Program-made: the position numbers and the translations under genes
NCBI GenBank assembly: GCA_963744145.1
Contig: CAVUSO010000001.1
Coordinates: forward strand, 1,088,001-1,152,000
DNA: 64,000 nt
Origin: an uncultured cyanobacterium
GTDB taxonomy: Bacteria; Cyanobacteriota; Cyanobacteriia; Cyanobacteriales; CAWUOF01
Direction: 5' to 3'
The notes under the pieces: generated by a model
The model's input: the letters and a program-made list of their open reading frames with translations, nothing else
What the model was told of the DNA's origin: nothing
Databases searched by the model: none
Shown: positions 62,970-64,000 of the stretch, piece after piece
How positions within the stretch are numbered: the stretch's first letter is position 1
Layout of the letters: every line of letters begins with the position of its first letter

Positions 62970-63687
62970 TCTTACTGTACTTGATCAACGGGTTATCCGC
63001 TGGATTTTCTGACGGTGAATTATAAAAGTCTTAAGACCTGATCTCTCAATTATATAATCAAATTCCTAACAGAGCAAGCTTTTGAGAAATTAAATATCAA
63101 TACTTCGGATAGTTTTTGATTGACAACGGTAGCATAAGGGTTTCGCATTCCTATTGTTCTCGTTGGCGATCGACAACCAGCACTAATCACCAGAATGAGT
63201 CTATGAGCAGCATAACTCTGATTTTTCCTTCTCAAAAGCAATTATATAAAATCCGTAAACTATTGAGGATTTTATATACTGCGGGCAAAGGAAATATATA
63301 AAATTGTATAGCCCCACGTAAAATATTTTACAGGTGAGCGGATAAATTTGGATAGGTGAGTGTATAAACATTATACGGGGCGACGTGAACACATTGATAT
63401 TAGGTTGTTCTAGCGTTTATATGGTTTATACAATATTTTTGTGGAACCTATTGACAACCATCAAATGAGCGTATAAAACACCGCCACTTTACACGGAGAT
63501 TTATCCAATGACCATCGCAGAGATTCAGAAGAAAACTCCCCAACCCCAACCCCAAGCTCAACCTTCAAGCGATCGCGGTTAACAAAACTTAAATTTATAG
63601 TATTACCACTACAATCCGCTGAATAGAAATATCTATTATTCAAATTAGCGATCGCCAATAAACCCCAATATTTACCAAATTTTAACT

Positions 63688-64000
63688 TTAATCTGAAAGC
63701 CAATCTAAATTACGCCCAATAAGCAATTCTGTTTTCTCCCTATGATGGGTATTTTTCATGGAGATAGACTGCATAACAAATCCATAACTGTTGACTAAGT
63801 CTATTACTTCTTCAGTATGTTCATAACTCATCAAAAAATTCCCTTTCAACCTGGCAACAAGTTCAAATAAAGCTGGGTGATTAATGATTGAGTATCGATA
63901 AAGTCTTCGACCAGCTTTTATATAGGGTGGATCAATAAAATAAATAGCATCTTGGCGATGAACATTTTGTTCACAAATCTCAAAAGCATCTCCTTCAATA
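63688..64000 (-). CDS. D12-class N6-adenine DNA methyltransferase, 3' part
   Basis: Not in ORF track. IEGDAFE...YFIDPPYIKAGRRLYRY...FLMSY...MKNTHHREKTELLIGRNLDWLSD*. Confidence 0.88.
   Translation of the reverse strand, partial: IEGDAFEICEQNVHRQDAIYFIDPPYIKAGRRLYRYSIINHPALFELVARLKGNFLMSYEHTEEVIDLVNSYGFVMQSISMKNTHHREKTELLIGRNLDWLSD

Larger units (their letters stand above)
1..64000. repeat. HIP1 octamer (GCGATCGC) dispersed throughout
   Basis: GCGATCGC recurs many times in coding and intergenic DNA (e.g. 639, 2726, 3463, 36623, 52161); hallmark of many cyanobacteria. Confidence 0.95.

Noticed and set aside
63050..63703. Four 61-80 aa ORFs in the track; also considered a retron msr/msd or CRISPR leader
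   Set aside because: Mostly non-ATG starts, mutual overlap and no motifs; no reverse transcriptase or array nearby.

Overview
Chromosomal window from an AT-rich cyanobacterium (HIP1 octamer GCGATCGC throughout). Core genes include icd, gun4, ictB, prfB, sigF, nrrA with a canonical NtcA promoter, grxD/bolA, glsF, ispH and a hetF homolog. Accessory elements: (i) an HTH-NB-ARC-WD40 STAND gene divergent from a sigma-70-like gene; (ii) a stand-alone sxtI/J/K-like carbamoyltransferase trio; (iii) a PspA-family plus PstS-like pair; (iv) a 10 kb divergent two-component/EAL island in which an identical 16-bp L-box-like motif precedes both arms; (v) a collapsed type I-D CRISPR-Cas remnant (cas6, in-frame-deleted cas4, 7-codon cas1 stub, no array); (vi) a DUF4160/DUF2442 pair between 78-bp direct repeats; (vii) a partial DPPY adenine methyltransferase at the right edge. 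Intergenic DNA is dense with GTAG-type REP palindromes, MITEs with 8-bp target duplications, and 24-nt self-nesting micro-elements, two of which sit in frame inside a lipoprotein gene. Three genes (prfB, nrrA, a Ser/Thr kinase) each carry one extra base, most likely assembly errors. No rRNA, tRNA or CRISPR array was seen. All family assignments come from motif recognition, not database searches.
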